Of a DNA stretch of 64,000 nucleotides, positions 42,120 through 53,493 are shown piece by piece. A model generated the notes under the pieces. The model saw nothing but the letters and a program-made list of their open reading frames with translations. It was not told the origin of the DNA and did no database searches. The position numbers and the translations under genes were made by a program. The stretch is from Nitrosopumilaceae archaeon. Lineage in GTDB: Archaea > Thermoproteota > Nitrososphaeria > Nitrososphaerales > Nitrosopumilaceae. Position 1 is the stretch's first letter, and each line of letters starts with the position of its first letter. Location of the stretch: the NCBI GenBank assembly GCA_965214835.1, contig CBDCCK010000002.1, forward strand, positions 1,824,001-1,888,000, in the 5' to 3' direction.

Positions 42120-43138
42120 CTTGCTCGCAAGTCTGCCCTATCAAGTGTCCCCTTTGTCTCAGCCACAAGATACAGTGTGTTGTCTGATTCATCCGAACCC
42201 TCCTTGACTATTGCCCAATCTGGGTGGTATTCCCCTATAGGCGTGTCTACTGCGAACCACCTTGGTATCTTTATGAACAACCTGAGTCCGGTAATGCTCT
42301 TTAGAACCGTCGCAAACTTTTTTTCTACTTCCGACTCACATATGACCTCCCCGTATATCGTGTTGTCTGCCTTTATGGTCATGTCATCATACGCCTCAAT
42401 TTCGTCCTCGAAAAGTTTCATGTCGTAACTATCGCCGGTTTTGGTATATTGTATCCCGTTTACAAGAAAGTCTGCCATGCTCTCCCGGATTATTATGGTG
42501 CAGGATGTCAGGAACCCATGTGGATTCTTAAATACCAGATTCAGCTTGTCTATTCCTGATAGAATCCTTACCACAGTCCTTCTTGTGAGATTGGTTTCTT
42601 CTGCAATGCGTTCTACCATATTTGGCACCGGAAACACGTTGTTGATTGGTTCCAGTTTTGAATTTGTAAACTTGGTAACCACCCCACGTCCATTCTCAAT
42701 ATCAAGATCCACCTTGTCTACCCTGATCCCTATTTTTTTCTCTGACATGCCACAGTTGATTTCTTCAACACATTTCTTTATGAGATCATCGGTGTCCACC
42801 CTGACCGAGTATAGTGTACGCGTTGATACCCTGTCCCATAATGCCTTGAACGCCGGACACAACTCGTGCCGGTCGGCCAGATGGAACGTCTTTCTTCTTC
42901 TCCCATCATCCGGCTTTGGTGCTACCATCAGGTCTCCATACTCATCAACATATTCCTGCTGTAATTTTGAGACGTACTCCATAGCTTTCGTTTGCAATGA
43001 TCGTCAGCCGGTGTTGCTGGTCGGTAACCCTTCCGCCTGACTGATCCACCGGAAGCCTCATTCCCCTTCCTATCTCCTGCCTCTTTTTTATCATGGAGGC
43101 AGTCCTGTTGAGCGTGCATATGTTGAACACGTTTGGAT
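42120..43138 (-). pseudogene. Type III restriction enzyme Res subunit, C-terminal fragment
   Basis: NICTL, RQEIGRGMRL (helicase VI) and YHPDWAI...VAETKG (PD-D/ExK); cut by IS on both sides. Confidence 0.85.
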
Positions 43139-44831
43139 GTATGAGGTCACCTACCCCCTAGATTATTTTGGCTACCTCAGCCACAATGGACTTGCCCTGC
43201 AGCTTCCACGTCGACGTGCATGTGTTGAACCATCCATACCTGTTCATCCAGACCAGGCCGCCCTTGATCTGACCGCTTATCTTGTCCTGCAGTACGACGG
43301 GGCGCAGCACCCGCTCTGCGTTATTGTTGGTGGGCTCTACGCCCTCGTATTCCAGGAACGCAAACAGGCCCGGCAGGGCATTGTACATCCTCTTGACAAG
43401 AGATTTCAGCGATTCGTCCTGCGTATCCCTGTATCCGAACAGAACGTTGCGCATCATGGTCTCAAACAGCGGGGCGCAGCTCCGACGAGTGCCTGCCCAT
43501 CAGCCCGTCGGCCGCCCTTATCCCCGTCCTCTCCTCAAGATCCAAGAGCTTCTCCCTAGACAGCTCGTCCCGTCCTTTGAGGCACGCCTTGGCGTCCTTG
43601 AACAGCTGCTGTCCCTGCCGGTATAGGACTCCTGCAAACAGGGGGGCGTCCTTTTTCTGCCAGCCATACAGGAGGGCTCGCAGCTCGTGCGCCCAGCACC
43701 TCTGGTGCCTTCCCCCCGGATCGAACCTCTTGTATGCAGGATATCCGTCCGATGTGACGACGCCCTCGTACCCGTTCATGTACTGGTCCAGGACCCGGGC
43801 CGCCCTTGTATCACTGTATGTCATGAATATGCCCGCTGCCGATAGTGTGGTCCACACCCATCCCAGCCTGCCTGCCAGGTTGATCCCCGTCTCGTCTATG
43901 CAGGCGGTCTTTGAGCTTTTTACCTCCTCTGCGATGGCCTCGGCAGGCGCCTTTGCGGCGTCGCAGACGCGTCCTATGCTGTTGATTGCAGTTGATTTTG
44001 ACATGTCCACGCCCAGGATATCTGACATTATGCCCGGGATCCTGCCGTATGGGACGCCCTCGCTGCGCAGCTTGGTGACGGCTGTGACTATACTCGTGTC
44101 GTAGTTGCCGCATCTGGGCAGGTCGCTGGGGGCAGTGTGACATGTGCCGCATCTCGGGCATACTGCCCTCTGTATCTCGTGGCGCGTTTCGGTGGCCTCG
44201 ATCTTAAACCCCATCATGTCGCGCACCTGAGGCTTTTTCATGATCTCTGTGGTGGTGCCGCACTTGCACTCCGGCGCCCGTCCACCCGGAAAGTCGTGCC
44301 TTTGCACCCTGGTGGGCCGGTGGATGTGTGATACGCCCTTGTGGCCCTTCTGGCCGCCGGGCTTTTTCCTGTCCTTGGCTCCGTCCTCCCCGGCTGCAGC
44401 ATCGGACCTGGCCCTCTCCTTTCTCCTCTGCGCCTTTTGCTCCTTGCACGCCAGCGAGTCCGCCGACGGGGGCGAGTTCTCGTAGTATCGGAGCCTGTTG
44501 CCCTGCTCCTTGATGGTCTTGTTTAGCTTTTCAATGGTCTTGTTTAGCTTTTCAATGGCCTTGTTTAGCTTTTCAATGGTCCTGCCCTGCTCCTTGTTGA
44601 TCCTGCTTAGTTCCTTGTTGATCCTGCCCTGCTCTTCAATGATATTGTCACGCTCCTTGAGGTCCTTTTTTTAGATTCCTTAGCGTCTCCGTGGGTGATA
44701 CTGTAGATGCCTCGATCTTGCAGCATGTGAGGAGCTGACCTTTCATAATACCTAGTCTACACGATCATAGTATATGGATCGGTGTCGTCAGGAATATTTA
44801 ACATAATGTGGGGGGTTAGGTGACCTCATAC
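43139..44831 (-). mobile_element. IS66 element, frameshifted transposase
   Basis: TIRs GTATGAGGTCACC / GGTGACCTCATAC; 21-bp tandem repeats near 44515-44580. Confidence 0.9.
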
Positions 44832-44839
44832 GTTTTTTT

Positions 44840-44932
44840 GTATGTGGTCACGTCCCCCCGTTGGCCAGGCGTGAAAATCATAACCATACATGCCAATTCG
44901 TGCCTGATTGGTAGGGGTAGGTGACCTCGTAC
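44840..44932. mobile_element. 93-bp IS66 MITE
   Basis: 8-bp TSD GTTTTTTT. Confidence 0.9.
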
Positions 44933-44940
44933 GTTTTTTT

Positions 44941-45274
44941 TAATACCGCATTGGCCACGGCGTACTCTTCGACTATCTTCTTGAGCGATTCGATCTCCTT
45001 TTGCTGCCGCTCCTCGGTTGACTTGTGGCCCCTGCCCGACAGTGAGGCGCGTCCTGCCTGCAAAAAGCGCTCCCTCCACTGATAAAACGTCCTAGGGGAG
45101 AGGTTGTGACGGCGGCACAGCTCCGCCGTCTCGATGTTGGTGCTCAGGTGCCCCCATGACTATCCCTATCTTGTCCTGTGCACTCCATGTTTTCTTGCCC
45201 ATGTCTGTGATTCGACCTCCTGACTCAAAAAGTGTGCGAAAAAAAGCGTTCCTATTCTAGCGGGGTTCGCACCA
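44941..45274 (-). mobile_element. IS3-like orfA remnant
   Basis: AELCRRHNLSPRTFYQWRERFLQAG...LKK; TGG terminus. Confidence 0.7.
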
Positions 45275-45275
45275 A

Positions 45276-45350
45276 AGCACATGCATAACGAGGGGTTGAT
45301 CCATCGCCCTGACTACGGTGGGGGTGTTTTTATCATGTGTTTAACAAACT
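45276..45350 (-). repeat. Solo left end of the IS110 element
   Basis: Reverse complement matches 11885-11958. Confidence 0.8.
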
Positions 45351-45354
45351 ACTC

Positions 45355-45473
45355 TTCACTACACCGGAAGTACCGCATCAAATTATCCCAGGCTCGAAAC
45401 AATTCAGATGAGGACGTCTGCAGATCCGCATGTCGCCTCCACCTCCACGAGTCGGTTGCTTCTGGGAAGACTG
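45355..45473. mobile_element. CAGTCTTCCC-family MITE (left end decayed)
   Basis: Similar to 49841-49961. Confidence 0.75.
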
Positions 45474-45516
45474 ATGGAACCACCTAATTTAAGTACCCAT
45501 TCGGTATCGCATAGAC

Positions 45517-45912
45517 ATGGATAGCACTGTCAGAGAAACATCAATCAAGATATTAGAATCATTGAAAAAAACTTTGGAAAAAGGCAATTTGAGTAATGCT
45601 CATAATTTTGGCACTATTCTCACTGAAATTTCGGTTATGCTGGATTCGAAGGTGGGAGTCTTTATTGGCGAAATCGTCGAGTCTTCTTTCCTACAGTTAT
45701 TTAGAGAAGCATCCACGTATGAGATTAACAGTGAGGAACATACCAAAGAAATACAAGCGTTGAATTCATGTGTGAATGATTTGATAAGTGCGATCAGATC
45801 CGGTGAAAACAACAATATTTATTCTGCTCTGCTTGAACTCAGGTTTTATGCAACAAAAAGTCAATATGATATGCCTAGTAAATACAAGCGTCGTCCTACT
45901 CGGTTTAGGTGA
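45517..45912 (+). CDS. Hypothetical helical protein, gene 1 of PIN operon
   Basis: 131 aa, AT-rich, GTGA overlap with the next gene. Confidence 0.75.
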   Translation: MDSTVRETSIKILESLKKTLEKGNLSNAHNFGTILTEISVMLDSKVGVFIGEIVESSFLQLFREASTYEINSEEHTKEIQALNSCVNDLISAIRSGENNNIYSALLELRFYATKSQYDMPSKYKRRPTRFR

Positions 45913-46385
45913 AAATGGTGGTTTCTAAGAACTGGGATAAAAAAGAGCAAGAAATTGAGCAAGAACAACATGAACTCCATTCGATATTAAAACGCGATCA
46001 GAAAAACATGTTAGATACAACAGGATATGAGAACTTTAGCAGTTATGATGTTGAACGTTCTTCAATACTGAGGAAACAATACACCGATGAGACAGAGCAG
46101 GCACGACTTGTTGCATACGTACAATTCTTACTAGAGCGGGAAGAAAGCCAAGCAGAAGAAATTTCGAAAATGCAAAAAGAAATCTCGGAGCTGCAGAAGA
46201 GTCATAGGCGTATGCATCTTGATGACCTGCTTGAACAAAACGAGATCAGCAGAAAAGCGTTGGAATCCATTCTTGGCAACGAATCCGATGATGTGGACAC
46301 AACATCCCTTGATGGGCTACTGAAGGATTATGTAGATCCAGAACAAAATTCACAAGAGTTGGTAAGATCTGTCAGGGATAACTGA
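45909..46385 (+). CDS. Acidic coiled-coil protein, putative antitoxin
   Basis: C-terminal S.ELVRSVRD resembles VapB tails; directly upstream of PIN. Confidence 0.65.
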   Translation: MKMVVSKNWDKKEQEIEQEQHELHSILKRDQKNMLDTTGYENFSSYDVERSSILRKQYTDETEQARLVAYVQFLLEREESQAEEISKMQKEISELQKSHRRMHLDDLLEQNEISRKALESILGNESDDVDTTSLDGLLKDYVDPEQNSQELVRSVRDN

Positions 46386-46392
46386 TAACAGG

Positions 46393-47046
46393 TTGGTTTA
46401 CTACGATACCAATGTTTGGGTATCCTACATGCTAGGTGACAAAGACGCCTATTATGCCCACTGCAAGCCTTTGGTTGAGAATGTAGAAAACAGGAAAAAA
46501 ATCGCCGTCGTTTCATATTTGGTAATCATTGAAGTCATACATGTATTGAGACAAAGAATCACTGAGAAAAGCAAGTTTGTCGGTGATGGGAGAATAGAGC
46601 GCGATGGAATCATTGCCAGAGCAAATGCCCTTGTAGTCGAGTTTATATCCATTATAGACACATTGTCCAAAGAACAGAAAATAATAATAGCAAGATCAGG
46701 CCAAAAAATCCACGAACATCACCACACAGTCATGAAAAAAATGGTGGGTTATTTTGGACATGTCAGAACTGTAAGCGTGTGCCCTAATTGTAAAAAAAGG
46801 TGGGTTGGCAGAGAAAGCCAGAACAATTGCCCGTCATGCAAAAGCGGCCACAGGTTGCTAAGCAAATATCAGTACAAGGCATTGGGCCACGCAGACATGG
46901 AACATGCATATCTTGCCAGATGCAGCTCCGTTCCATTATTCTACTCCACGGACAAGTCATTTGGTGATTTGAGAAACGATTCTGACTTTGGCCAAACAAT
47001 TTTTAAAATAATTCCAAATCCCTCAATACGTGGTCATTTCTCATGA
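46393..47046 (+). CDS. PIN-domain (VapC-like) nuclease with Zn-ribbon insertion
   Basis: YYDTNVW, S.LV..E, AD.EH.YLA and STDKSF; CPNC...CPSC insert. Confidence 0.85.
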   Translation: MVYYDTNVWVSYMLGDKDAYYAHCKPLVENVENRKKIAVVSYLVIIEVIHVLRQRITEKSKFVGDGRIERDGIIARANALVVEFISIIDTLSKEQKIIIARSGQKIHEHHHTVMKKMVGYFGHVRTVSVCPNCKKRWVGRESQNNCPSCKSGHRLLSKYQYKALGHADMEHAYLARCSSVPLFYSTDKSFGDLRNDSDFGQTIFKIIPNPSIRGHFS

Positions 47047-47057
47047 TTATCCTCAGT

Positions 47058-48531
47058 AGACTTTATGCGTAATCGACCGGGATTGAAAACTCCGCGGGGT
47101 TTTCCGGGCGTGGATGCATCGATCAGATCAAGCTACCGCATGCGGATATATCATGACGCGCGCAAGAATCGGCCCGTGCCAAAAAGACGTGCGCAACCTT
47201 GCAGCACGGTGATGTGCCCCGCTGACAAGTCAGAAAAAAGGCGGCCCGTACCGCCGCACGTCATATGTCAAGCAGATGGCGGTACTTTTTCTTTTCTAGT
47301 ATCGTCTTGAGGTTCTCAAGACCCGTAATTACCCGCATGAAATAGTTTAGATCCTTGGCAGTTCCGCCAAACGGTACCGTCAGGATGGCATATTTCTTGA
47401 ACTTCCCTATGTGGTGCTCCACCTTGACGCGGACCCTGCTGATCTGCTTGCGGCGCCTCTTCTGCGTTTTGGTGAGCTCCCCGTCTCTGGGCTTCTTGGG
47501 AGGCTGCCTGTGTATGGCGCCCGGAAGCATCTTTTGGATGCCCTCAAAGCCCAGGTCACTGTAAACTGTAAATGCACTTTCAGGATCGTCGGCGTTTTCT
47601 GCCTTCATTGCTTTTGTGTGCCTTCAAGTCCGGGACACCTCCTGCGTTCATCAGGCCCTTGTCGTTGACGCTGCCGTCTGCAGTCTCGCTGCAGTCCAGC
47701 GCAAGGCTGTCCAGGTTCGTGGTGACCAGCGTGTTGTACATGTGCCTCTTTTTCCTTCCCGTGTACCGTGTCTTTCTTGCGGTCTTGTCCCCGGGCCTGA
47801 CTACGGGAGTCAGGGTTCCGTCAGTCAGGATCGTCATTTTTGGGATCAGCTCCTCTATCCTGCCTGCCGGGGTCTTGCGGATGACGCCCGCTATCTTTTC
47901 GGCAGTAGGCAGTATCTTGCGCAGTATCACGATACAGTACTGGAGGTACCTGGATATGGTGGACTGGTCGACGTCAAATGTTGCGGCCAGGTGGTGCTGC
48001 GTCGCACTGGTCCTCAGGCTCATGAGCTCTGCAAGCAGCGCGTGCCTGATGTGCAGCTTGCACCGGTTTCCGGCATCGCCGCTCCTTGCGTCATCCTCCC
48101 AGGACAGGGGCCTGTCCTTATCGGCCATGACCGCCTCTGTAAAGCGCTCCAGTATTATCTTAAATGACTTCTTTGTGCATCCAGTGACGCTGCCAAGGCG
48201 CACCGGGTCGTCGACTATGCCGTCTGCAAGCTCGATTGCGTGCATCCGCAGTGCCCGGCCGCCGCGCACGATTCTTTCTGTCTTGTTTTCCTCGGACTGC
48301 CACAGCGAGTCCTCAAACGCAAGCCTGTTCCTTGGATGCTCGTTTTGCTTGGAGAACGGGCATGTTTTGTTCTACCAGACTCTTGTTTTGCTCTTGCAGT
48401 GTTTGGACAAGCTCGACATCTGAACCCATACCATCAGAGAACCATTGCTGATCTTTATGGTTGTAGGTATGCAAACCATGATCTGTTGTGTTGTATTTTT
48501 AGATCAGATTTGCCAATTACGCATAAAGTCT
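47058..48531 (-). mobile_element. IS5-family element, transposase in two frames
   Basis: TIRs AGACTTTATGCGTAAT / ATTACGCATAAAGTCT; DGT, YTGRKK, DLGFEG and RVKVEH motifs. Confidence 0.88.
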
Positions 48532-48668
48532 AATAGTCTGCAGTTATGTTATCGAATTTGAGCCACATCTCATCGACGGCCTCCCGGGTTGGTATGTCCA
48601 TATTCTTGTACATCTAGGTAACCGGTTGTTTTTTTATAAGTTCCGGTTTTCACAGCTAAGTTGTATTA

Positions 48669-48747
48669 TAGCAACGAGCAGAAATAATTGAGGTTTTTTA
48701 CGTGTAGTTATGACCTATTTTGACTCAAAGACTTCTGCCCGTTGCTA
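48669..48747. mobile_element. 79-bp TA-flanked MITE truncating GT-C copy 3
   Basis: TIRs TAGCAACGAGCAGAA / TTCTGCCCGTTGCTA. Confidence 0.75.
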
Positions 48748-49564
48748 TATTGACCGTCCCTGTCGGTCTGCCACAGGACGCCGTTTACCCATCCGTCAAA
48801 ATCACCCATCAGCGCAGCAGACGCCGGCCATGCTGCCGCAATCAGGATTACGGGCACAAGCCACAACAGCATCCGCCCCGGCCTCCTGCCTGCAGACCAG
48901 ACCAAGACGAGGATCAGCGGGATCATCACAAGCGAGGGGATCTTGACAAGCAAGGCGCATCCCATGCAGACGCCCGACAGGAGGACCAGCATGCTGGTCT
49001 TGTCCGGGGCTTGCGGCGGCGGCACTCCCTTGGACGGGCCGCGTGCATACATGGCAAGCAGAACAGAGGACAGGACGAACGGGAGAAGGATCGAGTCCAG
49101 CAGAACCAGCCTGAGCGTCAGCGATACGGGCATTGCCGCAAACAGAACCGCCGCAATCGGTGCGGCTCTGCGCCCGAACCACCCCTCCGTTATCTTGTAT
49201 ACCAGAAAGGTGTCCAGGACCGCAAGCAGGCCCATGAGGATGCGCGGGCCCCATAAAGCATCCCGAGCAAGGACGCATCCTCCGGCGTTGCAACAGAGTC
49301 GGGGTATCCGATGACATGAAAGAATCCGGCCAGTATCGTCCAGCCAAGGAACGGGTGGTCGTGCTTGTCTGACAATATCTTATGATCCATGGCATCCAAG
49401 GCACGATCTATGTAGATCGGCTCATCTCCGTGCCACGGCGGAAATCCCGCCGGGTTCCACAGGTGCGTATATGCAGAAAGCACCAGTATTGCAACAAGCA
49501 GGAGGAGCGGCCCGTGCCCTGACAGGCGCCCCGTGTGAAGAGCGAGGTATCCGAGGCCAAGCAT
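48748..49564 (-). pseudogene. GT-C paralog 3, frameshifted and truncated, no N-terminal MITE
   Basis: Aligns to the N-terminal third of the 856-aa proteins. Confidence 0.88.
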
Positions 49565-49714
49565 GTGTTATCCTTACCCGCCAGTCAAATAACGGTTTAG
49601 CCAGCTTCGGAGTTAGGACACTGCATTCAGTCTTCCCAGTAGCCCACAAAACGGCTTCAAACGATGTTTCACATGGAAATTAGTTCCGCCCCTCATTAGT
49701 AATCCTTCTCCATC

Positions 49715-49961
49715 CAGTCTTCCCAGAAGTACGTGATTCATGACTGTGCAGATGGTGGCGGGCGAATCTGCAGGCATCATAATTTGATTTGTTTTAAATC
49801 CGAGGCCGTTTTCCGGGTTACTTCTGGGAAGACTGATACACAGTCTTCCCAAAAGTACCACATCAAATTATCCCAGGCTCGAAGCAATTCAAACGAGGCT
49901 GCCTGCATACCCGCTTGCCACCTCCTGCGCCGCCACGAGTCGGTTGCTTCTGGGAAGACTG
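49715..49961. mobile_element. Two tandem 121-bp CAGTCTTCCC MITEs (49715-49835, 49841-49961)
   Basis: TIRs CAGTCTTCCCA.AAG / CTTCTGGGAAGACTG; 5-bp spacer. Confidence 0.85.
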
Positions 49962-50032
49962 GTAAATGAGGAGATGATTATGTCAGAATCAGCAAAATCC
50001 TTAATGAAAGTTTTAAAAAAGACCCGATCCGT

Positions 50033-50737
50033 ATGATGTGTGAGAAGATGGCAGAGGAAATAGTATACCTATCCATTGACTTGAAAAATTTGTTAGGTCG
50101 CTCTTTGAACGACATCGAAGAGAAATTCGCACCGCCAACAATATACTTCCAAGGAGCAATAGATATTCCATTGCCATGTCCAAGAGTTTCAGTTATTGGT
50201 ACAAGAGAACCAACAGAAGAAGGGCTTAATGCAGCAGAGCACGTTGTTGAAACTCTTGTAAAAAATAACGTCATCATTGTAAGTGGACTTGCAAAAGGAA
50301 TTGATTCGGCAGCACACAAAGCTGCCATCAAGAATGGGGGCAGAACAATTGCAGTTATTGGAACGCCATTAAACAAAGTATATCCAAAAGAAAATGCAGA
50401 ACTGCAAGAAGAACTTATGGAGAACCATCTAGTAATATCACAATATCCTGTAGGTTACAAAACTACTCCCAAAGACTTTGTATTTAGAAATCGTACAATG
50501 GCATTAATCTCTGATGCTTCTGTAATTGTGGAAGCAGGGGATGGGAGTGGAACATTATACCAAGGATGGGAGACATTGAGATTGGGAAGACCATTGTTCA
50601 TTTGTAAATCTGCGGTTCACAACTCAAAATTAGAATGGCCAAAGGAGATGATAAAACATGGTGCCGTAGAGCTTGATGAGACTACAGACATCTTAGAAAT
50701 TCTTCCGTCAAATGTTAAAATGCCAGAATTGTTTTAG
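50033..50737 (+). CDS. DprA/SMF-family protein (Rossmann domain only)
   Basis: VIGTRE, IVSGLAKGID..AH, YPKEN, F..RNRTM and VEAG.GSGT motifs. Confidence 0.92.
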   Translation: MMCEKMAEEIVYLSIDLKNLLGRSLNDIEEKFAPPTIYFQGAIDIPLPCPRVSVIGTREPTEEGLNAAEHVVETLVKNNVIIVSGLAKGIDSAAHKAAIKNGGRTIAVIGTPLNKVYPKENAELQEELMENHLVISQYPVGYKTTPKDFVFRNRTMALISDASVIVEAGDGSGTLYQGWETLRLGRPLFICKSAVHNSKLEWPKEMIKHGAVELDETTDILEILPSNVKMPELF

Positions 50738-50748
50738 TAATAGTCACA

Positions 50749-51396
50749 ATGGACATATCTGAGATAGACTTTGGTTCCTTACTGAGTTATTCTGTCCGTG
50801 GTACATCAAAAAAAGCTGAGGAGTCCAAATCAGCTATGAGGAATCTTAAACGAGATAATGTTTTGAGTTCAGATATCCTAACATCAGAATATGTTGTACA
50901 AGCAATGAGAAAAGAAATTGATGGTTGCCCATTTGTGGATTTTTTCAATTCTAATACAATTCTTGTACCCATTCCAAAAAGTTCATTGCCAGTAGCAGGA
51001 ATGCTTTGGGTACCAGAACGCATTACAACAGCACTTGTCAACAATGGATTAGGCAGATCATCTGAATCATGTTTGGAACGAGTTACTGAAGTGGCAAGAT
51101 CATCGGGTCAAAGGATTGGTTCTAGAAGGCCAAGTCCGTCAGAGCATTATGAATCGATGAGGGTTAGAGAATTGTTATTTGAACCTGAAGAAATAGTTGT
51201 AGTTGATGATGTTGTTACTAGGGGTGCTACATTTCTTGGTGCAGTAAATAGACTTGCGGAAGCATTTCCAGATACAAAAATCCGGGCATTTGCTGTAATG
51301 AGATCAATATATGATGATGACAGTTTTGTAGATATTGTTGATCCACGCGTAGGAAAAATTACTATGTCTAACGATACTCCACACAGAGAACCATAA
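50749..51396 (+). CDS. Type I phosphoribosyltransferase (ComF-like)
   Basis: LVPIP.S and IVVVDDVVTRGAT PRPP-binding loop. Confidence 0.9.
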   Translation: MDISEIDFGSLLSYSVRGTSKKAEESKSAMRNLKRDNVLSSDILTSEYVVQAMRKEIDGCPFVDFFNSNTILVPIPKSSLPVAGMLWVPERITTALVNNGLGRSSESCLERVTEVARSSGQRIGSRRPSPSEHYESMRVRELLFEPEEIVVVDDVVTRGATFLGAVNRLAEAFPDTKIRAFAVMRSIYDDDSFVDIVDPRVGKITMSNDTPHREP

Positions 51397-51444
51397 TTTT
51401 GAAAAAAAGATTCACAGATCCATCACCATTCATGCAATATCACC

Positions 51445-51524
51445 AAGCTTTACGCGTAATCGGTTCAGATCTAGGATCATGACGAACAAATTCATCTCAT
51501 TCAGGCCAATTACGCATAAAGTCT
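51445..51524. mobile_element. 80-bp IS5-type MITE
   Basis: Copy of 18208-18287. Confidence 0.85.
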
Positions 51525-51581
51525 ATAGGGGCAAAGGTCAACATAAATTACGAGTACTCTAACAAGAAAAAACACCTGATT

Positions 51582-51719
51582 ATGGAAATCAGAAGTGATG
51601 ACTTTAAGATATGTACCCCAAAAAAAGTACCAGACAAGCCACACTTTTGGAGCAGGAAGCAGATATGGTTGGTTCACTACAAGAAAGAGGGAGAGCCCGA
51701 CATTAGGAAGCTGAAATGA
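51582..51719 (+). CDS. 45-aa basic protein (not in ORF track)
   Basis: MEIRSDDFKICTPKKVPDKPHFWSRKQIWLVHYKKEGEPDIRKLK; ATGA overlap with 51716. Confidence 0.55.
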   Translation: MEIRSDDFKICTPKKVPDKPHFWSRKQIWLVHYKKEGEPDIRKLK

Positions 51720-52144
51720 AGCACGAGTTAGTAGAATTCAACACCATAAGGCAGGAATACAGCGAGTATGAAACTGAGAACGGTCTGAGGATGAAGGTGA
51801 TGCCAACAGTTATCCGCATAGTCAACGAGGATGGTGCAAATGGGGTAGGGAAAAGCAAGGTAACGGCTGTTACTGTAGCAGTGGTAGTAGCACCTCAGGG
51901 TTTTAACAGGTCCGGCCTAAAAGAGCGCACGGGCCCCACAACCAATGCAGACGAAACATGCGAGCTTTCCTTTAAACTTGTCAAGAAGGCCTTCAACATA
52001 TATGAGACAAAAAAGTTCATCATCGTGGTAGGAATCAAGCTAACCAAAGTGTATGGCACAGACAAAGTAAACAATATTGGCGAGCCAATACTACACTATG
52101 AGCATAAGAATTTGCTCAATATGATAGAAAAGCCTGATCTGTAA
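51716..52144 (+). CDS. Hypothetical protein, apparent homolog of 39207-39695
   Basis: EF....EYSEYE.ENG..MK; second repeat FNIYE; N..GEP. Confidence 0.75.
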   Translation: MKHELVEFNTIRQEYSEYETENGLRMKVMPTVIRIVNEDGANGVGKSKVTAVTVAVVVAPQGFNRSGLKERTGPTTNADETCELSFKLVKKAFNIYETKKFIIVVGIKLTKVYGTDKVNNIGEPILHYEHKNLLNMIEKPDL

Positions 52145-52256
52145 AACGTAAGAGACGTTATATCAAATCTTATCTGTGGCGGACGCCATATTATCCGTGT
52201 TGGGCCCAAGAGCCGAAATAACTTTGCCACATACGAGGGCGTGTATGATCTGGACT

Positions 52257-53493
52257 AGTAACTATGCGTAGTAACCAATCACAAAAAGGACAAGAAATTT
52301 TCACCAAAGGATCTAAGATCCGGTACAACGTAACAATACGCATGAAACCAGACGACTCAATGATTCCAATAGGGGGCAAGTTTCTTCCCAACGTCTCGGC
52401 CCCGTCCCTCCTTAAGAGGTACAAAAATGAGACCGACTCCAAGGCCGCAGCCAGGCTGATGGCCTACATACGGCGCAAAAAAGGCGACTCGATACGCCAG
52501 ATAGCCGAGCATCTCGGCCGGGGATACTCTACGATACGCGACTGGCTGATACGGGCCATGCAGCTTGGCATACAGGGCAGGTACGACATCAAGAGGCCCG
52601 GCACCAAGATGTGGCTGGATGCAGGGCAGCTCAAGCAGGTGCGCGCCGACCTGATTGCGGGCCCGCGCAGCTGCGGATTAGAGTCGGAGGTGTGGACCGC
52701 ACCGCTGCTTGCAGTGCACATCAAAAAGAAATACAAGGTAGACTATGCCGTCTCCAGCGTATACAAGATACTGCACATGCCTGGGCTTTTCATGCAGGAG
52801 GCCGCGCCCAAAACACCCAAAATCAGCCTCAGAATCCGAGAAAGAGGAGTTCAAAAAAAAGCTAGGTGGTACGTGAGGTACCATTCAAAGAGGGGGTACA
52901 CTAATGATAGGGGACGAGTCCTCGTTCATCCAGGGATGGAACGTCAAGAACAGCTGGTATATCGCGGGAAGGCCGGTCTACGCGCCGTCCAACCTGTCAA
53001 AGGAGAGGTTCTATTCGATCGGGGCCCTGTCGGCAAACGGACTTGACTGCCGCTTTTACAAAAAGGCCAACAAGTACACGTTCATCAGTATGTGGTCACG
53101 TCCCCCTACTAGCTAGGCATGAAGATCACAATCATTCATGCTAATTCGTGCCTGATTGATAGAGATAGGTGACCACATACGTTCATCAGGTTTCTCAAGG
53201 TGCTGCGCCGCAAGTACGGCAAGGTGCTGCTGTTTGTCGACAACGCATCGTATCACAAGTCAGCAGAACTCAGTAGAAAGATGGCCAAGTGGAACGGGGA
53301 CGTGGTGCTAAAGTACCTGCCGCCGTACATGCCGGAGCTTAACAACTCGGAGGGGCAGTGGCGCGAGTTCAAAAAGGCGACTTCAAACTGCCTTTACAAG
53401 ACCGTCAAGGAGATGCAGAGATCACTGCGCAGTATGACGCGCAGGGGCGAGATAAAGGTGGTAAAGATGAACAAATGGCTGACGTAGATACTA
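52257..53493 (+). mobile_element. IS630 element interrupted by an IS66 MITE
   Basis: Paralog of 13540-14681. Confidence 0.88.
53088..53180. mobile_element. 93-bp IS66 MITE
   Basis: 8-bp TSD GTTCATCA. Confidence 0.92.

Noticed and set aside
50033-51396. Natural competence locus (dprA/comF)
   Set aside because: No other com or pilus genes; truncated DprA and cassette context fit defence better.
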